Positions 30,213 through 39,951 of a DNA stretch of 64,000 nt are shown here, piece by piece. The position numbers and the translations under genes are program-made. Source of the stretch: a virus; IMG/VR virus record IMGVR_UViG_3300003322_001075, positions 6,552 to 70,551 of that record, one strand, 5' to 3'. The notes beneath the pieces were generated by a model. It did no database searches and had not been told where the DNA came from. It saw only the letters and a list, made by a program, of their open reading frames with translations. Position 1 is the first letter of the stretch; every line of letters starts with the position of its first letter.

Positions 30213-31433
30213 ATGAGTGAACAAGACCTTCCTAAAATAGAGGTGAAAATCGCGTGTGTTTTCCCTAATTTATCAACGTACACGCTTCCTTTAAGTTCCA
30301 AAAACAAAAAGACAGGGCAATGGGAAACCCTATTAGAAGATGGGAGTATTATTGAGCGGACATTAACACAAATTGATGAAAGAGAAGGGAAGCGTATGGC
30401 TAAGATTACATTGGCCCAAGAAGAATTTGTTGAGATCCCGGATGTTATAAACCCAGCAATAAAACAAAGGGCGATAAGATGTTATACCAGACTATCGTAT
30501 GTTCCGGAAAAACATGAGCATCAAATAGCCAATCTTGATACTCAGGCTCAAAATAAGTTAATGAGGGGGAAGCATGAGTTTCTGGTAAAACACATGAATG
30601 CAGAAATTCAGAACATGAGAGGAGTCAATATCAACACAAATCTTCAAACTCCTTTGGTGATCGTGATTGATGAAACCAATGATGTAAGAGCTAAAAAAGA
30701 AGAAAATGAGCTCATTACAAAATGCAGGGAAATCGTAAATGCCTTATATAAAACTGACGAAAAAGGATTTGTTGATATGTGTTACGCGCTCAACATTCCT
30801 AATATCCACTTAAGTACTATAGAATCATTGTTTAATAAGGTAAATGAGGTTGTAATGTCAAACCCTATTCAATTCAATAGTGTTTATGATAGTAACCTTA
30901 AATCAATGAGAGCTATGGTTAACAGGGCAATATATATGCCATTATCAAATGGAGAAACAGCCCTGGAGATTAAAAACGGCTATTACAATCTTGACGGGTT
31001 AGCCCTTGTTAAACAAAAGCCAAATAAAGAAGAATCCCTTTCGGATCTTATTGATTATTTTGTGGCAAATCCAGAATCGCTTAAAAGACTGGAACAAATC
31101 ATGGGAATCTTTATTCCACGAACCACTCCACAAAAACTGGCTGAACCAGTAGAGGTAAGCCCAACAATAAAAGACCCTGCGTCCAAAGCAAGGACCATAC
31201 AGGAGCAGCAAAGATACGAGGCAGAAGTAAAGCAAAAAATTGTCAATATGGTAACTCACCTAAAAAGTAAGTCTGCTTTAGATAATAAAGATTGGGAGAA
31301 CTATACCGATAAAATAAAGGCATTGAAGTCAGAGCATCCTTCATTGGAAAAATTCATTGATATACAAAGCAATAGTCTTTGTGAAGCCAAAAAACTTGTT
31401 AATCCGTTCAAAACCCTTTTAACTACAAACTAA
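30213..31433 (+). CDS. head-module hypothetical protein
   Basis: Long ORF; ATG at 30213 preferred over TTG at 30192, which overlaps a TAATTTTG element. Confidence 0.6.
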   Translation: MSEQDLPKIEVKIACVFPNLSTYTLPLSSKNKKTGQWETLLEDGSIIERTLTQIDEREGKRMAKITLAQEEFVEIPDVINPAIKQRAIRCYTRLSYVPEKHEHQIANLDTQAQNKLMRGKHEFLVKHMNAEIQNMRGVNINTNLQTPLVIVIDETNDVRAKKEENELITKCREIVNALYKTDEKGFVDMCYALNIPNIHLSTIESLFNKVNEVVMSNPIQFNSVYDSNLKSMRAMVNRAIYMPLSNGETALEIKNGYYNLDGLALVKQKPNKEESLSDLIDYFVANPESLKRLEQIMGIFIPRTTPQKLAEPVEVSPTIKDPASKARTIQEQQRYEAEVKQKIVNMVTHLKSKSALDNKDWENYTDKIKALKSEHPSLEKFIDIQSNSLCEAKKLVNPFKTLLTTN

Positions 31434-31435
31434 TC

Positions 31436-32515
31436 ATGGAAAACGAATTAAATGAATTTTCTCAGGCCTTTTCAAAGCTAAAAACAGCAGAACCACAGGT
31501 TCATACTGATCCACCTGCGCCCCAAGTTGCACCAACAAATCAAACTCCGGAACCACCCTTGTCAGACCCCCCTCCTCCAGTAGAACCCACACTACCTTCT
31601 GACCCACCAGTTCCATCAGAAAAAGATTTGTTTTCACTACTTTCTGACCTTGATAAAAATGACCCCCCGTCTCCGGATAACAATCAAAATCAACCCCAAA
31701 AGCCTCAGGAGCTAACCGAAGATATTCAAGCTAAATTAAAACTGGCTGATGAGTATCAAATGCTGCTTGAACAAGCAAGGAATAATAATCCCATAGCGCT
31801 TGCTATTTTAGCCGGTGAAAATCCCGAAAAACTTGAACAGTTGGCCAGAAGTCTTATCCCTCAGGATTATTCTAATTTAGATTACGCCCAGCTGGTAAAA
31901 ATGGATTTTAAAGCAAAAGGGCTTGAAGGAGATGTACTTACTGAGGCTGTTGAGGAAACCCTGGAAGAATTCAAAAACTTGCCTCCATGGAAGCAAGCTC
32001 TAAAGGAAAAAGAACTGAAACAAGCTTTCAAGCCGAATGCGGATAAAACAGAAGCATTGAAGCAATATCAGAAATTCTATGAAGATGCCACTAAACAAGT
32101 TCCACAACCATCGGCAGAGCAACTTGAACAGACTAAACAGCAGGATATATCGGATATTTCTCAAGTAATTGAATCATTGGATGGAGCCGAATCATATGGA
32201 GTTAAGTTTTCTAAAGATAAATTGGGCAAGCAAATCCTGGAAAATTATAACGAAAGGGATATCCAACCCTATATTAAACCAGATGGTAAACTTGATGCTC
32301 AAAAATATGTTATGGATAGCATAGGGAAAAATTGGATGGCTATAGCAAAAGATGCTTTCGAAGAAGGGGCAAGGCAAGAGCGCCTAAAATCTGTATTCCC
32401 AAATGGCATAAAACGAAATGATCCTGCACCTACCAATCTGGGCGAATCTAAAAATAAGGTTGAACAGATAGCCGAATATCTTAATAATCCTGATAACGTT
32501 AATAAGAAAGTATAA
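31436..32515 (+). CDS. putative capsid scaffolding protein
   Basis: Pro/acidic disordered N-terminus then helical coiled coils. Confidence 0.5.
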   Translation: MENELNEFSQAFSKLKTAEPQVHTDPPAPQVAPTNQTPEPPLSDPPPPVEPTLPSDPPVPSEKDLFSLLSDLDKNDPPSPDNNQNQPQKPQELTEDIQAKLKLADEYQMLLEQARNNNPIALAILAGENPEKLEQLARSLIPQDYSNLDYAQLVKMDFKAKGLEGDVLTEAVEETLEEFKNLPPWKQALKEKELKQAFKPNADKTEALKQYQKFYEDATKQVPQPSAEQLEQTKQQDISDISQVIESLDGAESYGVKFSKDKLGKQILENYNERDIQPYIKPDGKLDAQKYVMDSIGKNWMAIAKDAFEEGARQERLKSVFPNGIKRNDPAPTNLGESKNKVEQIAEYLNNPDNVNKKV

Positions 32516-32805
32516 TGGCAGTTGCAAAATGGTCTACTGAAACGGAAGAGGAAGACCTGAAAAAACAAAAGATTATCGAATCTCTAAAAAGGGATGGATA
32601 TTGGCGTCCAGAAGTTGGAGTAAAGAAATCCTATCTCAAAACCGACATAAGACAACCATTGAGCGTCTTGTTCAATTGGAGGGAAGCCAGAATTATTCTC
32701 GCGCGATTAAGACGTATTGCACACAAAGCCGGCATGTCCAGAAATGCATGGCTTGTATGGCAAATTAAAGAACTTGTGGAGATTCATGACTATGAGAATC
32801 TGTAA
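32515..32805 (+). CDS. Arc/RHH-like DNA-binding protein
   Basis: LSVLF...RLRRIAHKAGMSRNAWLV pattern of RHH proteins. Confidence 0.5.
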   Translation: MAVAKWSTETEEEDLKKQKIIESLKRDGYWRPEVGVKKSYLKTDIRQPLSVLFNWREARIILARLRRIAHKAGMSRNAWLVWQIKELVEIHDYENL

Positions 32806-32820
32806 GATGCCTGATTAAGA

Positions 32821-32850
32821 AAGGGGCCGTAAAAAGCCCCTTATTTTTTG
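32821..32850 (+). terminator. rho-independent terminator
   Basis: AAGGGGC-CGTAAAAA-GCCCCTT followed by ATTTTTTG. Confidence 0.75.
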
Positions 32851-32883
32851 CTTTTACCTATGTAATTTTTTACATTTGAAGTA

Positions 32884-33567
32884 ATGGATAATAAACTTGG
32901 GACATACGAACAGGTTACAATAGATTATGTCGTTTCTGGCTGCAAGATGCGGCTTGGAATTAAGGACTCTTCCGAGGATGATCTTTTCCTTGCAGATTCT
33001 GTAAATAGGGGGTTAAAGAGGCTTCGTAATCTGGGAATGTTTATCCCAGCAGTTACAACGGTTCAAATAAATGACAACCATACGGCCAAGTTGCCCTTAG
33101 GATTTATAAGGTTCAACCAGCCATATCCTATTGTATTTGTAGATGCGGAAGGTCAATTGATTCAGAATGGTTGGTACCAGGTTCCTCGCTACATCAATAA
33201 TACCTTTTATACCGATTCTCCTATATCTGCTACTCAACAATATACAACTGGAGGAACCGTAAATCAGGTTAACGGCTATTTATTCTTTTCCAGTGATATT
33301 ACAGCAAGGTTCGCTAAAATTGAATTTTTAACTTCGAATGTTGATGACAATGGTGAATTAGTAGTTCCCGCTATAGCTGAAGATACTTTAGGAGCATTTG
33401 GTTGCCGGGAATATGGACTTGCTTTCCCTGACAAGGTAAGTCAAACATCTTTAAGAATATGGGATAAAGAATGGAAGGCTGGTAAAAAAATGTTAAAAGG
33501 AATATTTAATGGTTCTCAGGGAATTGACCAGCCCTATATTACATATAAAATGAAAAGTTTAGTATAA
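32884..33567 (+). CDS. tail ring / adaptor protein 1 (putative)
   Basis: One of three coupled ~220-aa ORFs with helix-beta-helix layout of podovirus tail tubular/ring proteins. Confidence 0.5.
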   Translation: MDNKLGTYEQVTIDYVVSGCKMRLGIKDSSEDDLFLADSVNRGLKRLRNLGMFIPAVTTVQINDNHTAKLPLGFIRFNQPYPIVFVDAEGQLIQNGWYQVPRYINNTFYTDSPISATQQYTTGGTVNQVNGYLFFSSDITARFAKIEFLTSNVDDNGELVVPAIAEDTLGAFGCREYGLAFPDKVSQTSLRIWDKEWKAGKKMLKGIFNGSQGIDQPYITYKMKSLV

Positions 33568-34208
33568 TGCTGGTGTCAGTAATAAAAAGTAGATTTTTAA
33601 CTGAATATGATGAGTTTCAATCGGATTATATCAGTCCTGCTAAAATGTCGAATATATTTTGGCATGCTCAAAACAATGTGTTCAACAATAATCTTATTCC
33701 AGCTTATCAGTCAACTAAAAGGATTACTGAAGATCTTTTGCCTATTAAAAAAACTCAAACACTAACCAGTCTTAGCAATAATACCATTAATTTAACCCAG
33801 CAGGTTACTGATTTTAATTCATTGATATGGCCTATCCCCACATATATAAGTGGAGGAATAACATATACCAATATAGCCACCTTGCTACTGGATGTTGATC
33901 GAAATTCCGTATACGCCCAAGGTGATCTGCGTTATCCAAAGTATACACAGAATTCAAATGATCTTAATGAAACAATTCTGATACTGCAACCATTATCCGA
34001 AGTGCCTACTCAGGTGGAAATTGAATACTTTAGGACGCCTATAGCTATAGATTTTGAAGTATCAGATTATGATATTCCATATGGAGACAATGTAATAGGG
34101 TTAATCATTGATTCGGCCAAACAAATAGCCGCTGAGGCCTTCAGAGATCCTGAATTTTTCAATACCAGTACAGCAATGCTTAACCAGGATAATACGCCTG
34201 TTATATGA
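33567..34208 (+). CDS. tail ring / adaptor protein 2 (putative)
   Basis: YISP..S..F..AQ and IEYFRTP motifs resemble crAss-like ring proteins. Confidence 0.55.
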   Translation: MLVSVIKSRFLTEYDEFQSDYISPAKMSNIFWHAQNNVFNNNLIPAYQSTKRITEDLLPIKKTQTLTSLSNNTINLTQQVTDFNSLIWPIPTYISGGITYTNIATLLLDVDRNSVYAQGDLRYPKYTQNSNDLNETILILQPLSEVPTQVEIEYFRTPIAIDFEVSDYDIPYGDNVIGLIIDSAKQIAAEAFRDPEFFNTSTAMLNQDNTPVI

Positions 34209-34888
34209 AATTAATAGAAGTAAAAGAGCAGCTTATAACGCTTATCAATGCCGGAAGCCCTACAATAGATATGAAATATCATGATAGGCAAGTTGAGGCT
34301 ATGATACCATCTTTACGCCAAGAGGCTATTTTGGTCCGTTATAATGGAGGGATTGTTAATGGAATAAAAACGGCAGGCTCCTATCGTATTAATGGGGCTT
34401 GGGTTCAGAAGTTTTCCGTAACAATAGATGCTTCAATACAGGAAAATGATTTGGAGTATTTAAGAGTAATTACTGCTGCTCCTATTATGATCAATTCGAA
34501 TGTGAGTGGTGATGTTTATGTAGGCAAAAATAAAAGTACAAATCAATTTAAAGTTTGCCAAACACGGGATGAACTTCAAACATTGAAGACAAGAGGATTT
34601 GTTGATAACGGTAAAAATATTATTGTCTTATTTTCAGATGGTGAATATGAAATTTATGGAGATAAAATGCTGAAAAACTTCTACAGGGAAAGTGTTTTGG
34701 CCAATCCGGTAGATAAACCAGGATTTAATCTTGTAACTGATGAATATCCGGTAAGCGAAGATTTACTTCTAATTATGGCTGATATTTATAAACAAAAAAT
34801 GGGTATCGCTATCCAACAAACAAAAGACCCCGTAATTGATCAAACTGTAACCTCAGAAAGAGGAAATGTTAAAGCTAATTTGCGATAA
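34205..34888 (+). CDS. tail ring / adaptor protein 3 (putative)
   Basis: VLANP...DEYPVS C-terminal pattern resembles crAss-like ring proteins. Confidence 0.55.
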   Translation: MKLIEVKEQLITLINAGSPTIDMKYHDRQVEAMIPSLRQEAILVRYNGGIVNGIKTAGSYRINGAWVQKFSVTIDASIQENDLEYLRVITAAPIMINSNVSGDVYVGKNKSTNQFKVCQTRDELQTLKTRGFVDNGKNIIVLFSDGEYEIYGDKMLKNFYRESVLANPVDKPGFNLVTDEYPVSEDLLLIMADIYKQKMGIAIQQTKDPVIDQTVTSERGNVKANLR

Positions 34889-35334
34889 AAAAACTCCTCG
34901 GCACTAACACATAATACTAACCATGGGTGGGAAAACTGACAAAAAGGGGATGTCCTCTAAAATAGACTGCAAAAAAATACTCTTTATTGTTTGCCTTTTT
35001 TTAGTTGTTCCTCTAAACTGGATTGTTTCTTTTTCAACGTATCCATTGTTTCGGTTAAGTGGAAGACAGTGTTTTCGAGAATATGGATTCTTTGCCTGGT
35101 TGCAGGGTCTGATTGCATCTCTAATTGCATTGGCTTGTTTGTTTGTTGGATGTTTATGTATAGCTGCCATGCTTGGATAGTTGTCGAAGGAATATTAAAA
35201 GGGTATGTCCAAAAAAAAGTACAATAAAAGTGATTCTCAATTAAGAAAATGGAAGAGATTTGCTCCTAAAGAAAAAGAAGATTGGGATAAAATGAGAAGA
35301 GAATGGCAAGAAGGAGACTCGGGAACATTGAAAA

Positions 35335-35790
35335 TTAATCTTGTAAAGGTTTATAGGCCCTCAAAGCCGACTCAATAGCGCTAATACTGTCTTGTCTTTT
35401 AATAGGCTCATACAAAACAATAGTCCAGTCCTCAACTGCTATAGCTATTTTAATTTGCAATTCATCAAATATTCTTTTAACAGCTTCTTCATATACTTCG
35501 GCAAGCATATTTAATGACTCTTCGGTATAAATATTACTCCATTGAAGTTTTTCAGTGGTTTTAAAGGCGATATAATAATCAGCCATAATCTGGTATTGAT
35601 CAATACTTTGATCAGGATAGTAAGTGGTCAGAAACGCCATTTCAAGTTCAACTACATTTTCTGCATAGAATTTTATGTTTTTAAATCTCAATATTGAGCT
35701 TGTATTAACATGTGGTGCAAGCTGCGAGGTTTTGATCTCTACATAAAGATTTGAAAACAAATCCCATTGATGTAATACTTCATATACCAT
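35335..35790 (-). CDS. hypothetical protein
   Basis: 151-aa ORF at the left edge of the accessory island. Confidence 0.55.
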   Translation of the reverse strand: MVYEVLHQWDLFSNLYVEIKTSQLAPHVNTSSILRFKNIKFYAENVVELEMAFLTTYYPDQSIDQYQIMADYYIAFKTTEKLQWSNIYTEESLNMLAEVYEEAVKRIFDELQIKIAIAVEDWTIVLYEPIKRQDSISAIESALRAYKPLQD

Positions 35791-35957
35791 ACATTTATGT
35801 TTTTATAATCTACAGTTATAATTTGTTGCTGGCTTATATCATTCCGGTAATTTTGAGGCGTAAAAGCTATTTAAAAGGCTTTTTAATCTTACAAACATCC
35901 ATTTTTACAACCATAAGAAAATGAGTGGATAAAAGGTACAACTATTCGTATTAGTTA

Positions 35958-36132
35958 TATATTTGTGGCGACATTTTATTGCGTTAATCGCTCTGTAATA
36001 GAAAAACGGCAAATTTTTTAAAAGCACAGACGAATGATTTAACGCCTACGCTACGCGTGGGCTTAGTCTATTCTGTGCTTGGGTATTTGCCGTACCTTCT
36101 ATTACAGTAGATTATTGTCCCACGCTTTTTTT
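35958..36132 (+). promoter_or_regulatory. promoter plus long structured 5' leader
   Basis: TATATTTG (35958-35965); nested stems CTGTAATAGAA/TTCTATTACAG, ACGGCAAAT/ATTTGCCGT, AAGCACAGA/TCTGTGCTT; ends CCCACGC-T7. Confidence 0.7.
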
Positions 36133-36179
36133 ATGGCTGCCTGGCAGGGACATAAGGGCACAAACCTATAAACCCCTTT

Positions 36180-36887
36180 ATGAAACCACTAAAGCTCCTT
36201 GTTTTATTGCTATTGTCTGCCCCAGTATTTACAATGGCCCAGGCAAATTATCGTGATGTAGTTTACCTTAATAACGGCATCATTGTCATAGGAATGATAG
36301 TCGAACAAGTCCCTAATCAGGGAATCAAGATCCAGCTTATCGACAATACCGTCTCCAGCTTCGCTTATTCGGAAATTAAGAAGATAACCAAGGAAGAGGT
36401 TATTGTCGAAAAGGAGCCCCATCAGAAGCGCTACAGCGGCATTTTTGAAGTCGGATATACCAAAGGAGTAGGAGATGAGTATTCGGAACTTGCCAGGGAA
36501 GCACGGTCAATAAACGTATTCAGCGTAAGAATGGTGAATGGCTACCAGATCAACAAAAACATGTCTGCCGGGGTCGGATTGGGAATTGACGCCTATGAGC
36601 TGGCTGTTCTTATGCCTATAACCATTGATTTAAGGGCTTATTTCATAGATGCCCCAGTATCTCCAACTTTCATTTTCGATGGTGGATATTCTCTGGCCCT
36701 GAATAATGATCATGGCTCTAATGGACTTGTGCTTAATCCGGCCGTGGGAGTAAAGATCAATACCTCTAAAAACACCTCCTGTCTGTTCAGCATAGGCTAT
36801 AAATACCAGAAACAGACGATTCATTACACCTTTATGCCAGAGCGATCACTCAGTTTCTTCACGATCACTGGGGGATTTTCCTTCTAA
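36180..36887 (+). CDS. outer-membrane beta-barrel protein
   Basis: Signal peptide, DVVYL.NG..I.G.I.EQ N-domain, alternating beta strands, terminal GFSF. Confidence 0.8.
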   Translation: MKPLKLLVLLLLSAPVFTMAQANYRDVVYLNNGIIVIGMIVEQVPNQGIKIQLIDNTVSSFAYSEIKKITKEEVIVEKEPHQKRYSGIFEVGYTKGVGDEYSELAREARSINVFSVRMVNGYQINKNMSAGVGLGIDAYELAVLMPITIDLRAYFIDAPVSPTFIFDGGYSLALNNDHGSNGLVLNPAVGVKINTSKNTSCLFSIGYKYQKQTIHYTFMPERSLSFFTITGGFSF

Positions 36888-37160
36888 CACCATTAAAACC
36901 AATATACTTATGCAACAACTCTCAGATTCAGAGAGAACGTACCCTGAGCGCTTTTCAGGATGTGTTCTTATTGCAGTGCTTGTTACTGTCTCTCTCATTA
37001 CAGGAGCCTTAATACTTTACTATGTTCAAGGTTCGTGAGATAACAATAACGCTAATGTCGGGTATAGTGGCTATACTCCTTGGCATAATCGGAACTATAA
37101 TGCTATTTGGATGGATGATTCTGGAATATTTTAAACCACTGAAAAATTAACCCCAATATC

Positions 37161-37370
37161 ATGCGACCAGAAGACCTAATACAAGCCGAGAACAAGCTAG
37201 CCCAGGAGCTTATAAAACAGATCCAGGAGGATTTAGCAGCGGCAGAGCAGTCCCGTATTTTCCTGGAGAATCACCGTAAGCGGGAGCCATTTGTAAGAAT
37301 GCTCTGCTTTATAGCCGGGATGTTCTTTATGTCTGTAGGGTATTTGGTGTATTGCCTGGTTGTGAGGTAA
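37161..37370 (+). CDS. small membrane protein
   Basis: C-terminal hydrophobic helix. Confidence 0.5.
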   Translation: MRPEDLIQAENKLAQELIKQIQEDLAAAEQSRIFLENHRKREPFVRMLCFIAGMFFMSVGYLVYCLVVR

Positions 37371-37574
37371 TGGAAAAGCCACCGGGTGGGACTATGAGTG
37401 TATTTTATCGAAAAATATAGTTTACAAAATGCGTTTATATGTGTGTATATTTATGAAATACAGACATTTAAGGTGTGAATAAACAATGTCAATTTGTTAG
37501 TTTATGTTGTATATTTGCTATGAATCTGAACGGGAGCTAGTTTCCCTAGTAGGATTCACCCGGGGTAGCATAGG

Positions 37575-38057
37575 CTATCCCTTTTCCTTTTGTTTATCCT
37601 GCTGTTCTTTAGCTTTCCTATATTCTTCCTGCTCTTTTTTCTTATCTATTATTAAATCGTGTACACTAATTGATGGAAGAACATATCTACCGAATGGAGT
37701 ATACGAAGTCATATTGGATATATATCCCCTCAAACTATTCATTAGCATTGATATGGCAGAAGTAGTTAATAGGTTAACCTTATCCTGTTCACTAACTGAT
37801 GAGTCTAACGTAAATATTCCAACACCTTCAACTTGAAGCGAATGACCCGGAAAATCCTTAGTCCAATTAATCTCAATCTTCATGAAAAGTCTATAGAATT
37901 TATCTGCTTCAAGCGAAGGTGAAGTAAAATCAATATCCACAGGATAATCCTTCAAATATTTTGTCGGGTCTTCTTGGTCGTCAGAAAGTAAAAATTCATA
38001 CTTAGAGTTGAGTATGAATATGTCCATTAACTTAAGTGGAGACTCTTTAATCTTCAT
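37575..38057 (-). CDS. SecB-like chaperone
   Basis: VE..GIF....LL..SAISML...LRGYISNMTS.TPFG.YVLPSI is the SecB-fold C-terminal signature. Confidence 0.75.
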   Translation of the reverse strand: MKIKESPLKLMDIFILNSKYEFLLSDDQEDPTKYLKDYPVDIDFTSPSLEADKFYRLFMKIEINWTKDFPGHSLQVEGVGIFTLDSSVSEQDKVNLLTTSAISMLMNSLRGYISNMTSYTPFGRYVLPSISVHDLIIDKKKEQEEYRKAKEQQDKQKEKG

Positions 38058-38518
38058 ATTGCATATTTTTCATTTGAAGCAAATAGTTTGTCGATATCAT
38101 CATATAACGGAATAACGTTATCATAAGCTGCAATATCAAATGTGCTACTTGGCTCTTCAATAATATTCTTAGCTAAGAACTTATTTAGTTCTGAAATAAG
38201 CCCATAATTAAACTTGGGCTCTTTAAAATCACTAAGCTCATAGTTAATACTGTCATGAAAAACTTTAATATCCAAGGTTCTTTGAATATCCAAAAGAGTA
38301 TCTGTTGTAAAATTATGGGCTCCACTGACCCACTTAGATATAACGGAAGGCTCTTGATCAATTACAGCGGCATAATTAATCTTTGTCCCATATTTGAATG
38401 CTATAGCATCTTCGATTTTAGATGCTAATAACATTCTAAACTCAGTTTTGCCATAAGAGGCTTTAGCTCTTTTAATAGCATTTTGCAACGTTTTACTACT
38501 CCTCTTCTTCATCGTCAT
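38054..38518 (-). CDS. HigA-like HTH antitoxin with C-terminal extension
   Basis: Xre HTH (PSVISKWVSG.HNFT.DTL..I...L) plus ~60-aa C-terminal tail. Confidence 0.75.
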   Translation of the reverse strand: MTMKKRSSKTLQNAIKRAKASYGKTEFRMLLASKIEDAIAFKYGTKINYAAVIDQEPSVISKWVSGAHNFTTDTLLDIQRTLDIKVFHDSINYELSDFKEPKFNYGLISELNKFLAKNIIEEPSSTFDIAAYDNVIPLYDDIDKLFASNEKYAI

Positions 38519-38996
38519 TAAATATTAAATTACCGTCCAATTCACCATTATTGCTAAGTTTAATTTCTTTATCCTTAATCCTTTTGGTTATTCGGCATGA
38601 AATTTCTATAAGCATATTGGCGAAATAATTTAAATCCCCATCTTCTTGCCAAGCTCTTATATCTTTCCCTTTTGGACCACCACCACCTAGCACAACCGTA
38701 AGGGTTCCATATCTTAAACAATATAATCTAAGATTAGATTCGTCCATATCGTACAATGCACACATTCCGTCTCCGGGGATACCCTCATATTCTTTAAAAT
38801 ATTGGGCTCTAGCGCCATGTTTATTACCAATCAACATCACTCTATTAACAATATCATCAACTTCTTTCTCATAATTGCCCTCATGAGATGATATGAAATC
38901 TTCAAACAAAGTATCTTCTTCTCCGTCTATTATGACGGAATATATCTTTGCTGAATTACCACTAAAGCCTTCTAATTCGACTATTTCAAACTTCAT
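38496..38996 (-). CDS. RelE/HigB-like toxin
   Basis: FK.YEG..GDG.CALYD...LRLYCLRYG...VVLGGGG.K RelE-superfamily pattern; ATG at 38996. Confidence 0.7.
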   Translation of the reverse strand: MKFEIVELEGFSGNSAKIYSVIIDGEEDTLFEDFISSHEGNYEKEVDDIVNRVMLIGNKHGARAQYFKEYEGIPGDGMCALYDMDESNLRLYCLRYGTLTVVLGGGGPKGKDIRAWQEDGDLNYFANMLIEISCRITKRIKDKEIKLSNNGELDGNLIFNDDEEEE

Positions 38997-39009
38997 GGTA
39001 ATTGTGATG

Positions 39010-39053
39010 CAAAGGTAAATAAATATTAGTAATTTCACTTATAAGTGAAATTA
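39010..39053 (-). promoter_or_regulatory. TAC operon promoter with palindromic operator
   Basis: TACCTTTG (39010-39017, -) and perfect 24-bp palindrome TAATTTCACTTATAAGTGAAATTA (39030-39053). Confidence 0.75.
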
Positions 39054-39220
39054 AATATAGCCTAATATTCAGTGTTTTATGCATTTATGATTTAATTATG
39101 ACAAAAGATAAAATGCCTTATATCTTAATATGAGTCAAGCAATTCAAATCTAGAAAACTATCACTATTTTTCAAGTAAACACCTTACGCTTTGCTCAAAT
39201 TCTTAGCTTTCCACGTAGAA

Positions 39221-39460
39221 CTACGCGCTGTACTTCTTAGCCAATTCTTCGCGGATTTGCTCCTCAATATCGAGCAAAAACTGGGGGCATTCCGATCTAA
39301 GTGTAAACTCCAGAGAATCGGCACCATTCCCCTGCATATGAAAACGCTTCTTTTGGCCGTCAATTATGGCGAATACCTGGAATAGCTTAGGACCGTATAT
39401 GTTCATCGATATAAAGTCAAGGGGGACCCCGTTTACGGTCAAAGAAAAATATGTGTTCAT
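39221..39460 (-). CDS. hypothetical protein
   Basis: 79 aa; TATCTTTG 4 nt upstream of the ATG. Confidence 0.6.
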   Translation of the reverse strand: MNTYFSLTVNGVPLDFISMNIYGPKLFQVFAIIDGQKKRFHMQGNGADSLEFTLRSECPQFLLDIEEQIREELAKKYSA

Positions 39461-39546
39461 GCGCCAAAGATAAGAGGCTAAGTCTAATTCCGGGATACCA
39501 AAATTCTTAGCTTTACCTGCATAGGTATCGAATATAACTTTGGGGA

Positions 39547-39867
39547 ATGAACCTATCTGAAGTACACGAAAAACTTTCCCAAGCCCTGCCGGAACTTTCC
39601 CGGTTTACAATCAACGACATAGACTCCTTATGGACATGGTGCCAGGAATTATCGGATTACCTGGAGCCACATGACCCAGATTTGCCGTTTGATATTCTAA
39701 TGATCCAGGCTTGTTTACGGCTAAAATTACAGGAATTACGGGAAATAGACCGGGATGCAGGAGGTATTTATACCCGGCAGGACATCTTTGACTGGCGTGT
39801 TTCCTCTATAAGAAGGGATATGGAGAATGCTATCAGGTTTTTGGCTTCTTCCGATCCTTCCGCTTGA
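39547..39867 (+). CDS. hypothetical protein
   Basis: 106-aa helical ORF. Confidence 0.55.
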   Translation: MNLSEVHEKLSQALPELSRFTINDIDSLWTWCQELSDYLEPHDPDLPFDILMIQACLRLKLQELREIDRDAGGIYTRQDIFDWRVSSIRRDMENAIRFLASSDPSA

Positions 39868-39951
39868 TTTTAGGGGTATTAAGCGCTTTTCGCGTCAAAT
39901 CATCAAAATCCTTCTTTTTCACTATGCCTTCAGTCTTTATTTGCTTCTTGT

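Noticed and set aside
39096-39117. IS1595 terminal inverted repeat (TGACAAAAGATAAAATGCC)
   Set aside because: It faces away from the transposase and no matching partner was found
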